Positions 30,170-40,491 are shown, numbered from the stretch's first letter. The stretch is DNA of 64,000 nucleotides from Bdellovibrionota bacterium (GCA_044347345.1 JBIKUX010000003.1:32001-96000); one strand, 5' to 3'. The notes: generated from the sequence alone by a model not told the origin. Numbers and translations: made by a program.

Positions 30170-31273
30170 TTAAGAAATTATTATCTTGGGAAATCTCATA
30201 CCAAATTCATTATCAAGAAATAAGGGTAAAGGGATATCTTCATTTTTTAGATATCCTTTCCTATCACCTAGTGCGCCGTTAAGAGTTATATCTAAAGCAG
30301 CACAGATGCTTGAAGCGGTGCAGACTTGGATAGCAGAAAAGTGTCTCTGGCCAATAAACTGATTGTATACTTTTGCGACATAAGATTTTTGCTTTAGTTT
30401 GTTATCTATTAATCCATCTACTTCAACAAAAATAACGCACACATCTTGATTGGTTGATGGAATAGTTTTTTCAAGTAGTTCTTTTAATAGAGGCCTGTTG
30501 TGATTAAGTTGAAGGTCTTCCATTAAAAATACCATAAGTGCATGGTGTCCATGGTAGCGAATCGATTTATAGTTTATATTTTGTACTTTATTTTCAAAGG
30601 TCTCACATAGACTCCCGATACCCCCGGAGGTATTAAAGGCTTCAAATGACTCCCCATCAATTGATAAGCTTTCATGACCCTCTAGGGGTAAAACTTTTTC
30701 GCGTCTACCGTCTCGAATTATCTCACACCAATTACCATACTCGTTTATAAGCCCATCAATTGACCAAGAAATATAATATTTAAGCCTATTTGATGGATAT
30801 AGTGGTAACGCCCCTACACGAATCTTTATTGACTCTACGCTATCAAAAAGTGAGGCAAGATAAGCAGCCGAAATACTGACAAAGCCAGGTGCAAGCCCAC
30901 ATTGCGGCATAACAATACTTGTTGCGTTAAGCGCATTAAGTCTTGTTGTTTCAGTTGATTTTACATCTTCGGTAAGATCAAAATAATGTACACCTCCACC
31001 AATTGCTGCTGATACAACATATTGGTTTAAATGAAACGGAAGCGCATTTAATACAGCAATATGATCTTTTAACAAATACCTTAACGACAATGTATCTGTC
31101 ACGTTACACGATTGACTAACGCAATTTGGAAAAAAAGAAGCGACTTTTTGAGCTAGAGATATATCTTGATCGCACACAGTAACGTTATATTTTCCAGATG
31201 AGGAAAGAAGAGCTGCTATAGCCTCACCAATATTACCGGCGCCAAGTAACAGTACTCTCTTTTTATCCGGCAT
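30170..31273 (-). CDS. Saccharopine dehydrogenase-family oxidoreductase (lysine 6-dehydrogenase-like)
   Basis: LLGAGNIG, HYFDLTEDV, PQCGLAPG, WSIDGLINEY, EAFNTSGG. Confidence 0.88.
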   Translation of the reverse strand: MPDKKRVLLLGAGNIGEAIAALLSSSGKYNVTVCDQDISLAQKVASFFPNCVSQSCNVTDTLSLRYLLKDHIAVLNALPFHLNQYVVSAAIGGGVHYFDLTEDVKSTETTRLNALNATSIVMPQCGLAPGFVSISAAYLASLFDSVESIKIRVGALPLYPSNRLKYYISWSIDGLINEYGNWCEIIRDGRREKVLPLEGHESLSIDGESFEAFNTSGGIGSLCETFENKVQNINYKSIRYHGHHALMVFLMEDLQLNHNRPLLKELLEKTIPSTNQDVCVIFVEVDGLIDNKLKQKSYVAKVYNQFIGQRHFSAIQVCTASSICAALDITLNGALGDRKGYLKNEDIPLPLFLDNEFGMRFPKIIIS

Positions 31274-31357
31274 ACAAAGCTACCCATTTGAAATATAAAA
31301 AAATCCTACATTCTTTTGATGTAATGAAAGTAGAGTAAAGATGCAAAAGTATTCCAA

Positions 31358-31373
31358 TGGCATCGTATTTGCA
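31358..31373 (+). promoter_or_regulatory. Sigma54 (-24/-12) promoter of the motA operon
   Basis: TGGCATCGTATTTGCA with exact GG-N10-GC spacing, about 50 bp upstream of motA. Confidence 0.7.
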
Positions 31374-31421
31374 GCTTATAACCTGTTTTAAAACGGGTCA
31401 CATTATAAATTACTATTGATA

Positions 31422-32273
31422 ATGAATGATTTAGAGTCTGTGGTGCCACATAACTTTCGTCAAAACTCTGACAGCTTTCTTCTTCGGGACTTTAATCCAA
31501 TTAAAGAGACAAACCGAATTGAGAAAGGTTGGATTATTGGTGTTGCTACAATATCGCTCTTATTTGCTACAATGGTATTCGTTGGAGGGTCCGTAAATCA
31601 GCTTGTTCATATACCAAGTCTGTGCTTTATAGTTATTGGCACATGTGCTTCTGTATTACTCCAATGCGGTCTTAATCCATTCGAAAAGGCATTAAGACTT
31701 GCAGCGACTGCTTTTTTTGATAGACCAGATGAAGTATCAAACAGAATTGATTGGTTAGTTGAAGTTGCTACTACAGTTCGTAAGGAAGGGAGATTGATTG
31801 CTGAGCAGTTGCGAACTGAGGTAGACGATACTACTTTAAGAGCTGGTTTAGAGGGAATAGCAGATGGAATATCAGAAGAAACACTGAGAAGAAATCTGAG
31901 TCGATTTTATGAGAATAGGTTGACTATCCTTCAAGAAGGAACAACTGTCTTTGAAACATTTGCCCTGTATGCTCCTGCTTTTGGATTGATCGGTACAGTT
32001 CTTGGATTGATTAATCTTTTAGGCTCTCTAGGAGACTTAGAGAAAATGGGCCCACAGATGGCCTTAGCGCTTCTTACAACGCTATACGGGGCAATTTTGG
32101 GAAATGTTGTCTGCTTACCTATTGCTGGACGTTTGCGTACTCTTCGAGAGAAGGAAATAAAACTAGCAGAATTATCAACTGAGGGATTAATCTCAATTCT
32201 TAATGAAGAAAGCGTTGTTATCTTAACGCAGAGGTTGAAGCCATTTGGAGAAGTACAAACCCATGCTAGGTAG
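31422..32273 (+). CDS. motA: Flagellar stator protein MotA/PomA
   Basis: RKEG, APAFGLIGTVLGLI, MALALLTTLYG, LPIAGRL. Confidence 0.9.
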   Translation: MNDLESVVPHNFRQNSDSFLLRDFNPIKETNRIEKGWIIGVATISLLFATMVFVGGSVNQLVHIPSLCFIVIGTCASVLLQCGLNPFEKALRLAATAFFDRPDEVSNRIDWLVEVATTVRKEGRLIAEQLRTEVDDTTLRAGLEGIADGISEETLRRNLSRFYENRLTILQEGTTVFETFALYAPAFGLIGTVLGLINLLGSLGDLEKMGPQMALALLTTLYGAILGNVVCLPIAGRLRTLREKEIKLAELSTEGLISILNEESVVILTQRLKPFGEVQTHAR

Positions 32274-32760
32274 CAACATTGATTATAAAAAAATCGTGTC
32301 AAAAAAGACAACAAGTATAGTCGTATCTAGAGAATTACTCTCCACAATGCTTTTAATCCTCGTGTTACTAGTAACCATCAAAAAAGGTGTTACAAGTGAC
32401 CTTAGAAGCAATAAGGGAGAAATTACCAGCAATCAAAGGGTGAACACGGACGGCTCTTATTCCAAAGTGATTCTATATCGGGATTTTGATATTTCTAATG
32501 AAGAGTCCATCAATTTTGTCGCAGCCTCAATAAAACACTTATTAGTTTCTCATGATCTATCGGCGACAATAATTTCTTCACATGAGTCAATCAAAGATGC
32601 TGAAGATATAGGGGAGAATATTTGGAGTGTACTCAAACAACAACAAGCGCCACTGCAGTATGTGCGAGTGCTAACAAGCACGGGTCAGGGTAAGTCTATA
32701 CGTTTAATATTGTATGAAACAAAAATTCAAGATAGTGGCCACGGGAGTTATTCATTGTGA
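32263..32760 (+). CDS. Single-TM protein in the motB position, highly divergent and lacking the conserved TM Asp
   Basis: One hydrophobic helix (ELLSTMLLILVLLV); overlaps the motA stop; no clear OmpA-type motif. Confidence 0.5.
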   Translation: MLGSNIDYKKIVSKKTTSIVVSRELLSTMLLILVLLVTIKKGVTSDLRSNKGEITSNQRVNTDGSYSKVILYRDFDISNEESINFVAASIKHLLVSHDLSATIISSHESIKDAEDIGENIWSVLKQQQAPLQYVRVLTSTGQGKSIRLILYETKIQDSGHGSYSL

Positions 32761-33251
32761 ATCACAATGACATTCTATTTACCGATATTGTAACTCTTTT
32801 AGTAACATTTTTTGTCTTGATCATTGCCAAAATTCCCCACGATGCAAAAGTAACTATTACGCAAAACCAATCTTTAAGTACTACCGAAACTATTTGCACT
32901 AAAAATGGCATAAGCAGTGCATTAGTTAGTTTTGATATAAAAGATGTTAAAAAAATGACACAAATCTACAGGTGGGAGGCAGCAAAGTTAAACAACGGTA
33001 TATTGCAGGCAAAGCTTGATGAGGTAACAAATGTGATAAATAAAGTGGCGTGTAAGGGTAATATTGCTGCCCTAATAATCACTCACTTTCGGATAAGTGA
33101 GGATTTAATAAACCTTATTCGTAAAAGAATAGAACAAGCTACAAATTCGTCAGTCCAAATATGGACAGTGGTTAAGAACAGTTCGACTGAGGTATTTAGT
33201 GTTAACGGTCATAGTCGACTAATAATTGAAGTTGAGCAGTATGGCTCCTGA
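32757..33251 (+). CDS. Short, divergent MotB-like protein
   Basis: FTDIVTLLVTFFVLIIA matches the MotB TM (F/YxDxxTLLxxFFV) with its Asp; periplasmic part short and not recognisably OmpA-like. Confidence 0.65.
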   Translation: MNHNDILFTDIVTLLVTFFVLIIAKIPHDAKVTITQNQSLSTTETICTKNGISSALVSFDIKDVKKMTQIYRWEAAKLNNGILQAKLDEVTNVINKVACKGNIAALIITHFRISEDLINLIRKRIEQATNSSVQIWTVVKNSSTEVFSVNGHSRLIIEVEQYGS

Positions 33252-33789
33252 ACAGACAGAATCCACAAAAAGCGAAGTTATTCCTACAGAAGCTGGGGGA
33301 AAATCAAATCGCTTTCTTATGATTATAGTTGTTCTTCAGTTTGTGACAATAATCGGCTTAATTTCTCTTTATTTTGGTTTTCTAAAACCCGGTGATGGTG
33401 GAGCAAATGAAAATATAGCGGGTGAAGAAATAGATGCAAAAGATAATGAAAAACAGCCTGGCCAAGAGGAAGAGCCACTTGAAAATGAAAGACCTCTTGG
33501 TGCAATTGTACCTCTTGATACACTAATTCTAAATCTTCGAGATTCAGGATTTCTAAAGATAAGAATTCAACTTGAATTTATTGAAAGAGAAGTTCCAAGT
33601 AGATACTACTCAAGGGAGGTAGTACTACGAGATAGCGTGATTGCCTTACTTAATACAAAAACAAAAGATGAGCTTTTATCATCGAGAGGAAAGGATAACC
33701 TTCGGAGTGAAATTAAGGAATTAATGAATGAGGCGCTGAAGAAGGCACTTATAGAGCACGTTTATTTTTCAGAGTACGTTATAAGATAA
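33241..33789 (+). CDS. fliL: Flagellar basal body protein FliL
   Basis: N-terminal TM, LDTLILNL, LRDSVIALL, GKDNLRSEI, VYFSEYVI. Confidence 0.88.
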   Translation: MAPEQTESTKSEVIPTEAGGKSNRFLMIIVVLQFVTIIGLISLYFGFLKPGDGGANENIAGEEIDAKDNEKQPGQEEEPLENERPLGAIVPLDTLILNLRDSGFLKIRIQLEFIEREVPSRYYSREVVLRDSVIALLNTKTKDELLSSRGKDNLRSEIKELMNEALKKALIEHVYFSEYVIR

Positions 33790-33849
33790 AAATATTTTTA
33801 GTTTTTTAGAGCAGAGTTAATTTAGTGAATTCGGAGATACTAGAAAAAT

Positions 33850-34878
33850 ATGAATCAAGTTTTATCTCAAGACGAGATTAATTCTCTTTTAAGTGGTCTT
33901 TCTGATAATAGTGTTGAAAAAGGACCAGAGTATACAGATTCCCGAGTGTCAAACGCTCGACGTTTTGATTTAGCTAATCAAGAAAGAATTATTCGTGGGC
34001 GAATGCCCACCATGGAACTTATCCATGATCGTTTTTCAAGAAACTTTCGTACACACCTTTCAAAGTTTTTAGGTAGAACATGCTTTGCCAACGTTGGAAC
34101 GATTGAGAGTGTGAAGTTTGGATTGTTTATGAAGAAACTTCCGCTTCCCTCATCACTTCATATTTTTCGGATTCCGCCTTTGACTGGATATGCGTTAATG
34201 GTAGTTTCTGCACCGCTTCTTTTCGGGATCATCGATAGCCTATTTGGAGGTAGTGGTCAGGGTAAGGTAAGAATTGAGGGGCGTGAGTATACTCCGATTG
34301 AGATTCGATTAATCGGTAAAGTAGTTATGATGGCGCTAGATACACTTAAAGAGGCATGGGCGCCAATCCATCCTGTAGATTTCATCTATGTTAGATCTGA
34401 ATTTAATCCACTGGCGGTAGCAATAGTTCCACCGACCGATTTAGTAATAATCATTTCAATAGAAATAGAGTTAGAGCAAGATAGTGCCCCACTTACAATA
34501 TGTATCCCTTACTCTACTGTTGAACCACTTAGGTCAAAGTTATCAACTGGATTTCAGAGTACGAGACTTGAAGTTGATACAGGAGTTGCAAGGAGATTAG
34601 AGACTAATATTAGGCAAACAACTGCAAGCGTTTCTGTTCAGCTAGCTAGAGGAAAGATTTCAGCTCATCAACTTCTTTCTCTTCAAAAAGGTGATATAAT
34701 GCGCCTCGATACATACCCTTCTGAAGAAGCTCTTGTGCTTATTGAGGGAACTCCAAGATTCTACGGTTTTGTGGGTAGCTGTCGCGGTAATAGAGCTGTG
34801 CGCATCACTCAACCAATTCCTCAGCGCGATCTTATCAACATCAAAAATAAACAGGAACTATTGACTTATGGCGAATGA
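33850..34878 (+). CDS. fliM: Flagellar switch protein FliM
   Basis: MNQVLSQDEINSLL, RIIRGRMPTMELIHDRF, RSEFNP, CIPYSTVEP. Confidence 0.95.
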   Translation: MNQVLSQDEINSLLSGLSDNSVEKGPEYTDSRVSNARRFDLANQERIIRGRMPTMELIHDRFSRNFRTHLSKFLGRTCFANVGTIESVKFGLFMKKLPLPSSLHIFRIPPLTGYALMVVSAPLLFGIIDSLFGGSGQGKVRIEGREYTPIEIRLIGKVVMMALDTLKEAWAPIHPVDFIYVRSEFNPLAVAIVPPTDLVIIISIEIELEQDSAPLTICIPYSTVEPLRSKLSTGFQSTRLEVDTGVARRLETNIRQTTASVSVQLARGKISAHQLLSLQKGDIMRLDTYPSEEALVLIEGTPRFYGFVGSCRGNRAVRITQPIPQRDLINIKNKQELLTYGE

Positions 34879-35224
34879 TGAAGGACTCGAATCCTTTGAA
34901 GGTATTGCTGATGCAGCAGGTGGAATATCTGATGCGGCTGGTGGGTTAGGGCTTAGGCAGCCTCATAGTATAGATCTTATTAAAGATGTGCAGCTTCAGA
35001 TATCTGTTGAGGTGGGGCGAGCAAGGATGACAATTCAAGATATTTTGCAATTAGGACAGGGTTCAGTTTTAGAACTAGAGAAGCTAGCTGGAGAGCCACT
35101 TGATATTTTTGTTAATGGAAAGCATATCGCAAAAGGTGAGGCTGTTATTGTAAACGAAAAATTTGGTGTGAGATTAACTGATATCCTCTCGCCAGAGGAT
35201 AGACTTGGAAACATTGGATCGTAA
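34868..35224 (+). CDS. fliN: Flagellar switch protein FliN
   Basis: ISVEVGR...GSVLELEKLAGEPLDIFVNG...GEAVIVNEKFGVRLTDI. Confidence 0.95.
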   Translation: MANDEGLESFEGIADAAGGISDAAGGLGLRQPHSIDLIKDVQLQISVEVGRARMTIQDILQLGQGSVLELEKLAGEPLDIFVNGKHIAKGEAVIVNEKFGVRLTDILSPEDRLGNIGS

Positions 35225-36047
35225 AGTGAGAATCACCGATTTGAGGCTACCAAGCAATATGACAACCCCATGGGGAATGATATCCTTATTAGTCATATTT
35301 TTTTTTACACAGCTTGCTCCCGATACAGCTACAGCTCAGGATAGTGTGAAACTACCTATTCCAGACATATCTATATCTGTAAGCGGAGATGCAGTAGGAA
35401 CTTCCTCAGCGCCTCTTTCGGCAAGTATAAAGTTAGTACTTCTTTTAACAACACTGACGTTTGCACCTGCAATGGTGTTAACTATGACATCATTTACCAG
35501 AATTATTATTGTTCTAGGCATGGCTAGAACGTCTCTTGGTACAGGCTCAGCTCCGCCAAACATGGTAATAACAGGCTTAGCGATTTTTCTTACTATGGCA
35601 ATAATGGGCCCCATTTTTAATAAAGCCTATCTAGATGGGATTCAACCTTATCTAGGTGGTCAGATGGCTGAGGAGCAAGCACTTTCCAAAGCCATAGCAC
35701 CATTTAGAACTTTTCTTATTGCAAACGCGCGAGATAAGGATATTGAATTATTTCTCGAAGTAACTAAGACAACACGTCCGAAGGATGTAATTGATTTACC
35801 ACTTAATGTGCTTGTTCCAGCTTTTGTAATCAGTGAACTAAATAGCGCTTTTCAAATTGGTTTTTTAATTGCCCTACCATTTTTAGTACTTGATATGGTG
35901 GTATCATCAGTTCTCACCTCAATGAGTATGATTACATTACCGCCAGTAGTAATCTCTTTGCCATTAAAGTTAATGCTTTTTGTAATTGTAGATGGCTGGC
36001 ATCTTCTGGTTTCTTCATTAGTGCGAACATATACGGTGACTTTATGA
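35205..36047 (+). CDS. fliP: Flagellar export gate protein FliP
   Basis: TMTSFTRIIIVL, PPNMV, LVPAFVISEL, SLPLKLMLFVIVDGW; true start may be the downstream ATG. Confidence 0.95.
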   Translation: METLDRKVRITDLRLPSNMTTPWGMISLLVIFFFTQLAPDTATAQDSVKLPIPDISISVSGDAVGTSSAPLSASIKLVLLLTTLTFAPAMVLTMTSFTRIIIVLGMARTSLGTGSAPPNMVITGLAIFLTMAIMGPIFNKAYLDGIQPYLGGQMAEEQALSKAIAPFRTFLIANARDKDIELFLEVTKTTRPKDVIDLPLNVLVPAFVISELNSAFQIGFLIALPFLVLDMVVSSVLTSMSMITLPPVVISLPLKLMLFVIVDGWHLLVSSLVRTYTVTL

Positions 36048-36313
36048 TGATAGATGATTTTCTGAGATTAGGACAATTAGCAATTCAGACTGCACTTTAC
36101 GTTTCAGCTCCAATCCTTGGATTAGGGCTCATAGCTGGCTTAGTGGTAAGTATTTTTCAAGCAGCAACTCAAATCAGTGATTCGAGTGTAGCATTTATTC
36201 CAAAAATTGGTGCTGCTGTTCTTGGATTAGTGGTGTTTGGACATTTCATGATCTCTCGTATAGCTAAGTTTACCGAGCTTCTTTATTCCCAAATACCTAC
36301 ATTGATTCGTTAG
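36044..36313 (+). CDS. fliQ: Flagellar export protein FliQ
   Basis: GLVVSIFQAATQI...FIPKI. Confidence 0.93.
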   Translation: MMIDDFLRLGQLAIQTALYVSAPILGLGLIAGLVVSIFQAATQISDSSVAFIPKIGAAVLGLVVFGHFMISRIAKFTELLYSQIPTLIR

Positions 36314-36321
36314 CAGATTAA

Positions 36322-37140
36322 ATGGTAACTCAGTCGGGCTTTACTGGTCCGGAAACTCTTGGCCCGTTCATCGAGAGTAATCTTCCTGTAATATGGATGT
36401 TTCTACTACTTACTGCAAGGTATATTGGGCTACTTCTATTTCTTCCTGGTCTTGGCTCTGGAGCAAGCGGCATAGCTATCCGTTATCCAGCTGTGATTGT
36501 TCTTTCTTGGGCGTCTCTTCAACCAGACCTTATTAGCGAAGTACCGTCTAATTTAGGATTGTTAGTACTAGCTATAATAAGTGAGTTAATATTAGGGACA
36601 ATTATTGGATTTGTACCTCGATTGGTAGTGGCAGGAGTAAATTCAGCTGGTCAGTTTGTTAGTACAGCTATGGGATTAAATGCTGGTCAGGTTATTGATC
36701 CAACTACAGCATCACAGTCAACTGAAATTGGGCGCATTCTTGGAGATATAGCTACACTTATGTTTTTGTTCATGGGTGGTGAGCGTGCAATGATTTATCT
36801 TGCGTCTGGTGCAAAGCAAGGTTTGATTCCAGGAGTCTTTATTATTCAAGAGGTAACCATTGATTTTTTAATTCGTGAAACTGGAAACGTTATAACAATG
36901 GGTGTTTTATTATCTGCCCCAGTGGTAGTTGCATTATTACTCGTGCAATTAGTTATGGGTATAATTTCTAAAGCTGTATCAACAATAAATGTATTTGTTG
37001 TTAGCTTCCCCATAACTGTGGGTGCAGGGTTGATTATATTGCTATTTTCAATAGCCTCGATAGTAAGACTAACAGAGAAAGAATTTAGGCGTCTCGAAAC
37101 TCAAATATTTGAAATAATTTTGTCCCAGTCAAGGAAGTGA
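36322..37140 (+). CDS. fliR: Flagellar export protein FliR
   Basis: ELILG, AGQFVSTAMGL, IDP, INVFVVSFPI; position between fliQ and flhB. Confidence 0.9.
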   Translation: MVTQSGFTGPETLGPFIESNLPVIWMFLLLTARYIGLLLFLPGLGSGASGIAIRYPAVIVLSWASLQPDLISEVPSNLGLLVLAIISELILGTIIGFVPRLVVAGVNSAGQFVSTAMGLNAGQVIDPTTASQSTEIGRILGDIATLMFLFMGGERAMIYLASGAKQGLIPGVFIIQEVTIDFLIRETGNVITMGVLLSAPVVVALLLVQLVMGIISKAVSTINVFVVSFPITVGAGLIILLFSIASIVRLTEKEFRRLETQIFEIILSQSRK

Positions 37141-37191
37141 AAATATTTTGTTGAGCTTTCTAATTTTGTTCCCCATTTGAAATCTTATAGC

Positions 37192-37207
37192 TGGCTCTAT
37201 GCTTGCA
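37192..37207 (+). promoter_or_regulatory. Sigma54 (-24/-12) promoter upstream of flhB
   Basis: TGGCTCTATGCTTGCA with exact GG-N10-GC spacing, about 47 bp upstream of the flhB ATG. Confidence 0.65.
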
Positions 37208-37253
37208 AGTCTTATTCACTTGCATTGATCAATGTGTATAGAGCGTCATTAAA

Positions 37254-38357
37254 ATGGCGGAGTATTCTACCCCTGAACAGCGAACGGAGATGCCCACCGA
37301 AAAGCGGATGGGGGAGATCCGAAGAGAAGGTCAGTTATTCTTTTCTCGGGATATTTGTGTTGTAGCTACATTGTTTACGGGAGTATTAATCGTTCAGTGG
37401 TTAACAAAAAATCTTTTACAAGATATCTCTCAGTTGATGACGGTAATATTCGATAAGGCGGCTGAGGTTAAGGAGCTTTCTCAAGCCTCTGTAATGTCGT
37501 TGATCGGTGACTTAGTACTAAAAATTGCAGGAAGTGTTTTTATTATCGTTCTTACAATCGCGATAGTTGGTAGTCTTACTGTTTTGGTTCAAACTGGTTG
37601 GAATATAAAGGAAAAAAAAATTGATATAAAGTTTAGTAGATTAAATCCTATCGCGGGTTTTAAAAGAATTTTCTCAGTACAGGGATTTATAGCAACTGCT
37701 AAGGCGTTGTTAAAGCTTGTAATAATTCTTCCTATTGGTTTTTTAGCACTGAGAGACCATTTGTCTGAATTTATAAAACTCGTTTATTTTCCGATTCCAG
37801 CGTTACTCGTTTATACAGGAGTAACATCAAGACAAGTTTTTTATCAAGTATTTTATGTTCTTGTAGCATTTGCTTTATTTGATTTTGTTTATGGAAAATT
37901 TCAGTGGCTGCGTCTGAACAAAATGACAAAAGATGAAGTAAAAGATGAGAAAAAAGCTATTGAGGGGGATGAAGCTACTAGAAGGCGAATTATTTCAAAA
38001 GGGATGCAGAGGATAACCCAACGAATAAAGGCCTCTGTACCAAAGGCACACGTTATTATAACCAATCCTACTCATTATGCGGTGGCTCTTAAATATGAAA
38101 GAGGTATAGATGATGCTCCAATAGTTGTCGCAAAAGGAAGAGGAGAAATAGCTTTAAGAATAAGGGAGATAGCGAAGGAAGCAGGAGTGCCAATTATTGA
38201 GAGAAAAGTTCTGGCTAGAGCTTTGTACGCTTCAGCTCGAGTGGGGAGTATAATTCCAAATGATCTATTTAAGGCAGTAGCAGAAGTATTTGCTTATCTT
38301 TATAGAGTTAAAACTCCGAGAAAGTTCATCACAAGTCCTCAAAAGATTCAACAGTAA
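37254..38357 (+). CDS. flhB: Flagellar export protein FlhB
   Basis: RTEMPTEKR, KMTKDEVKDE, autocleavage motif TNPTH. Confidence 0.96.
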   Translation: MAEYSTPEQRTEMPTEKRMGEIRREGQLFFSRDICVVATLFTGVLIVQWLTKNLLQDISQLMTVIFDKAAEVKELSQASVMSLIGDLVLKIAGSVFIIVLTIAIVGSLTVLVQTGWNIKEKKIDIKFSRLNPIAGFKRIFSVQGFIATAKALLKLVIILPIGFLALRDHLSEFIKLVYFPIPALLVYTGVTSRQVFYQVFYVLVAFALFDFVYGKFQWLRLNKMTKDEVKDEKKAIEGDEATRRRIISKGMQRITQRIKASVPKAHVIITNPTHYAVALKYERGIDDAPIVVAKGRGEIALRIREIAKEAGVPIIERKVLARALYASARVGSIIPNDLFKAVAEVFAYLYRVKTPRKFITSPQKIQQ

Positions 38358-38373
38358 TACAAGGTAGGTTTTC

Positions 38374-40473
38374 ATGGCCTCAGAGAATAATGTGACTGGA
38401 AAAACTACGACAACATTGATAATTCCGGTTTCATTAATCGCAGTTCTTTTAATTTTGCTTTTTCCTCTTCCGACACAGCTTCTTGATGTAGGATTAGCGC
38501 TGAATATCACCGTATCGTTGATAATGCTGTTTGCAGCTCTGTATATCGAGAGGCCGCTATCTTTTTCCAGTTATCCTGCAATGCTTCTTGTAACAACGTT
38601 GTTTCGTTTGGCCATGAATGTGGCGACTACTCGTCTTATTTTACTCTATGGTAATGAAGGGACAGATGCTGCTGGAAATGTTGTAAAAGCATTTGGTGAA
38701 TTTGTTGTTGGCGGAAACTTTACTGTAGGAATTGTTATATTTATAGCAATAAGTTTGGTAAATCTTAAGGTTATTACCAAGGGTTCAAGTCGTATAGCGG
38801 AAGTAGCAGCCAGATTTACTCTTGATGCCATGCCTGGAAAACAAATGGCCATCGATTCAGATCTTAACACTGGAATTATCAATGATAAGGAGGCTAGAAG
38901 AAGGCGAAGAGAGCTTGAACAAGAGGCTGAGTTTTATGGATCGATGGATGGTGCCGCTAAATTTGTGAGTGGAGATGCTGTAGCGGGAGTTTTTATTACA
39001 GGGATAAACATTGTTGGTGGATTTTTTATTGGAGTCTTCCAACTTGGAATGCCTTGGCTCGATGCCGCAACCACTTATACACTTCTTACTATTGGTGATG
39101 GACTCGTAAGTCAGATTCCCGCTATTATTATTTCCACTTCAGCGGGGTTAATTGTAGCAAGAGCTTCAAGTGGAAAGGACTTGAGCTTAGAAGTTATTCA
39201 GCAGTTATCAGGGTCATCCCGTCCTCTTTTTCTAACAGCTGGCGTATGTTTTATTTTTGCTCTCTTACCTGGTCTACCCTTCATACCCTTTACTGTTCTT
39301 TCTATAGCTAGTGGAGTATTTGGGTTTTTAAGGCAACAAACAATAAACGAACAAGTTTCCAAGGAAAAAAGTGAGGTAAGGTCAGCTGAGGTAGCTGACT
39401 TGCCTAAGCCAGGTAGTACAGAAGAAGTTATGAAGCTTCTCTCTCTTGATACACTTGAACTTGAAGTAGGGTTTGAGTTAGTAGCACTTGTTGAGGGGGG
39501 AGACCTTGTTGAAAGAATAAGATCAATTAGAAGACAGTTTGCCCTTGAGTATGGGTTTGTTATACCTCCGATTCATATAAGGGATAATGTTCGTTTAGGA
39601 GGATCTAAATATCAATTTCTTCTCAAGGGTAATGTAATTGGACAAGGAGAGCTTAAGACTCGCCATCTCCTTGCGATGGATCCAGGGTCTGTTAGTTCGC
39701 CAATATTGGGAACTCCTACTAAAGAACCAGCATTCGGACTAGAGGCATTATGGATAAATGAGTCTGATAGAGAAAGAGCTCAGGTACTGGGATACACTGT
39801 TGTAGACCTTTCTACAGTAGTGACTACGCACATTACCGAGATGATAAAAGCTCATATGCATGAGCTTCTTGGTCGCCAAGAGACTCAGTTACTTCTTGAT
39901 GCTGTAGCAAAGGATGCCCCTAAGGTAGTTGAAGAATTGGTGCCCACCCATTTATCTGTCGGTCAGGTTCAACAAGTCCTTATTAGAATGCTCAGAGAGC
40001 AGATTAGCATTAGAGATCTACGAACAATTCTCGAGGTATTAGCTGACCATGCTCCTACCGTGAAACATCCAGAAAGGCTAGCAGAATATGTAAGGCGGAG
40101 AATATCCAGAGCTATTTGTGCCAAGTTTGTGGGAGATGAGGGGACTCTTGCATTGGTCAGTTTTAGTCCATCAGTAGAGAGGGTACTTAGCGAGTCACTA
40201 CAAATGACTGATGATGGATCTTATCTTGGCCTTGAACCTGCATACGCTCAATCGATAATCGCTAAATTGTCACAATTGTCGAGTCGTTTTGCTGAAAATG
40301 GACAAACACCACTTTTGCTAGCACCCGGACATTTGCGTGCTGCTGTTGCATCTTTTGTCGAGAGATTTGTTCCAGGGTACTCAGTTTTGGGACACGGAGA
40401 GATACCGGCGCAAATGAAGGTGCAATCGCATGGTGTGGTTAATGTAGATTCTCGAGCTGCTGCTGCAGCCTAG
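38374..40473 (+). CDS. flhA: Flagellar export protein FlhA
   Basis: RIAEVAARFTLDAMPGKQMAIDSDL, FYGSMDGAAKFV, LTIGDGLVSQIP. Confidence 0.97.
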   Translation: MASENNVTGKTTTTLIIPVSLIAVLLILLFPLPTQLLDVGLALNITVSLIMLFAALYIERPLSFSSYPAMLLVTTLFRLAMNVATTRLILLYGNEGTDAAGNVVKAFGEFVVGGNFTVGIVIFIAISLVNLKVITKGSSRIAEVAARFTLDAMPGKQMAIDSDLNTGIINDKEARRRRRELEQEAEFYGSMDGAAKFVSGDAVAGVFITGINIVGGFFIGVFQLGMPWLDAATTYTLLTIGDGLVSQIPAIIISTSAGLIVARASSGKDLSLEVIQQLSGSSRPLFLTAGVCFIFALLPGLPFIPFTVLSIASGVFGFLRQQTINEQVSKEKSEVRSAEVADLPKPGSTEEVMKLLSLDTLELEVGFELVALVEGGDLVERIRSIRRQFALEYGFVIPPIHIRDNVRLGGSKYQFLLKGNVIGQGELKTRHLLAMDPGSVSSPILGTPTKEPAFGLEALWINESDRERAQVLGYTVVDLSTVVTTHITEMIKAHMHELLGRQETQLLLDAVAKDAPKVVEELVPTHLSVGQVQQVLIRMLREQISIRDLRTILEVLADHAPTVKHPERLAEYVRRRISRAICAKFVGDEGTLALVSFSPSVERVLSESLQMTDDGSYLGLEPAYAQSIIAKLSQLSSRFAENGQTPLLLAPGHLRAAVASFVERFVPGYSVLGHGEIPAQMKVQSHGVVNVDSRAAAAA

Positions 40474-40491
40474 TTTTTTGTATAGGAAGGT

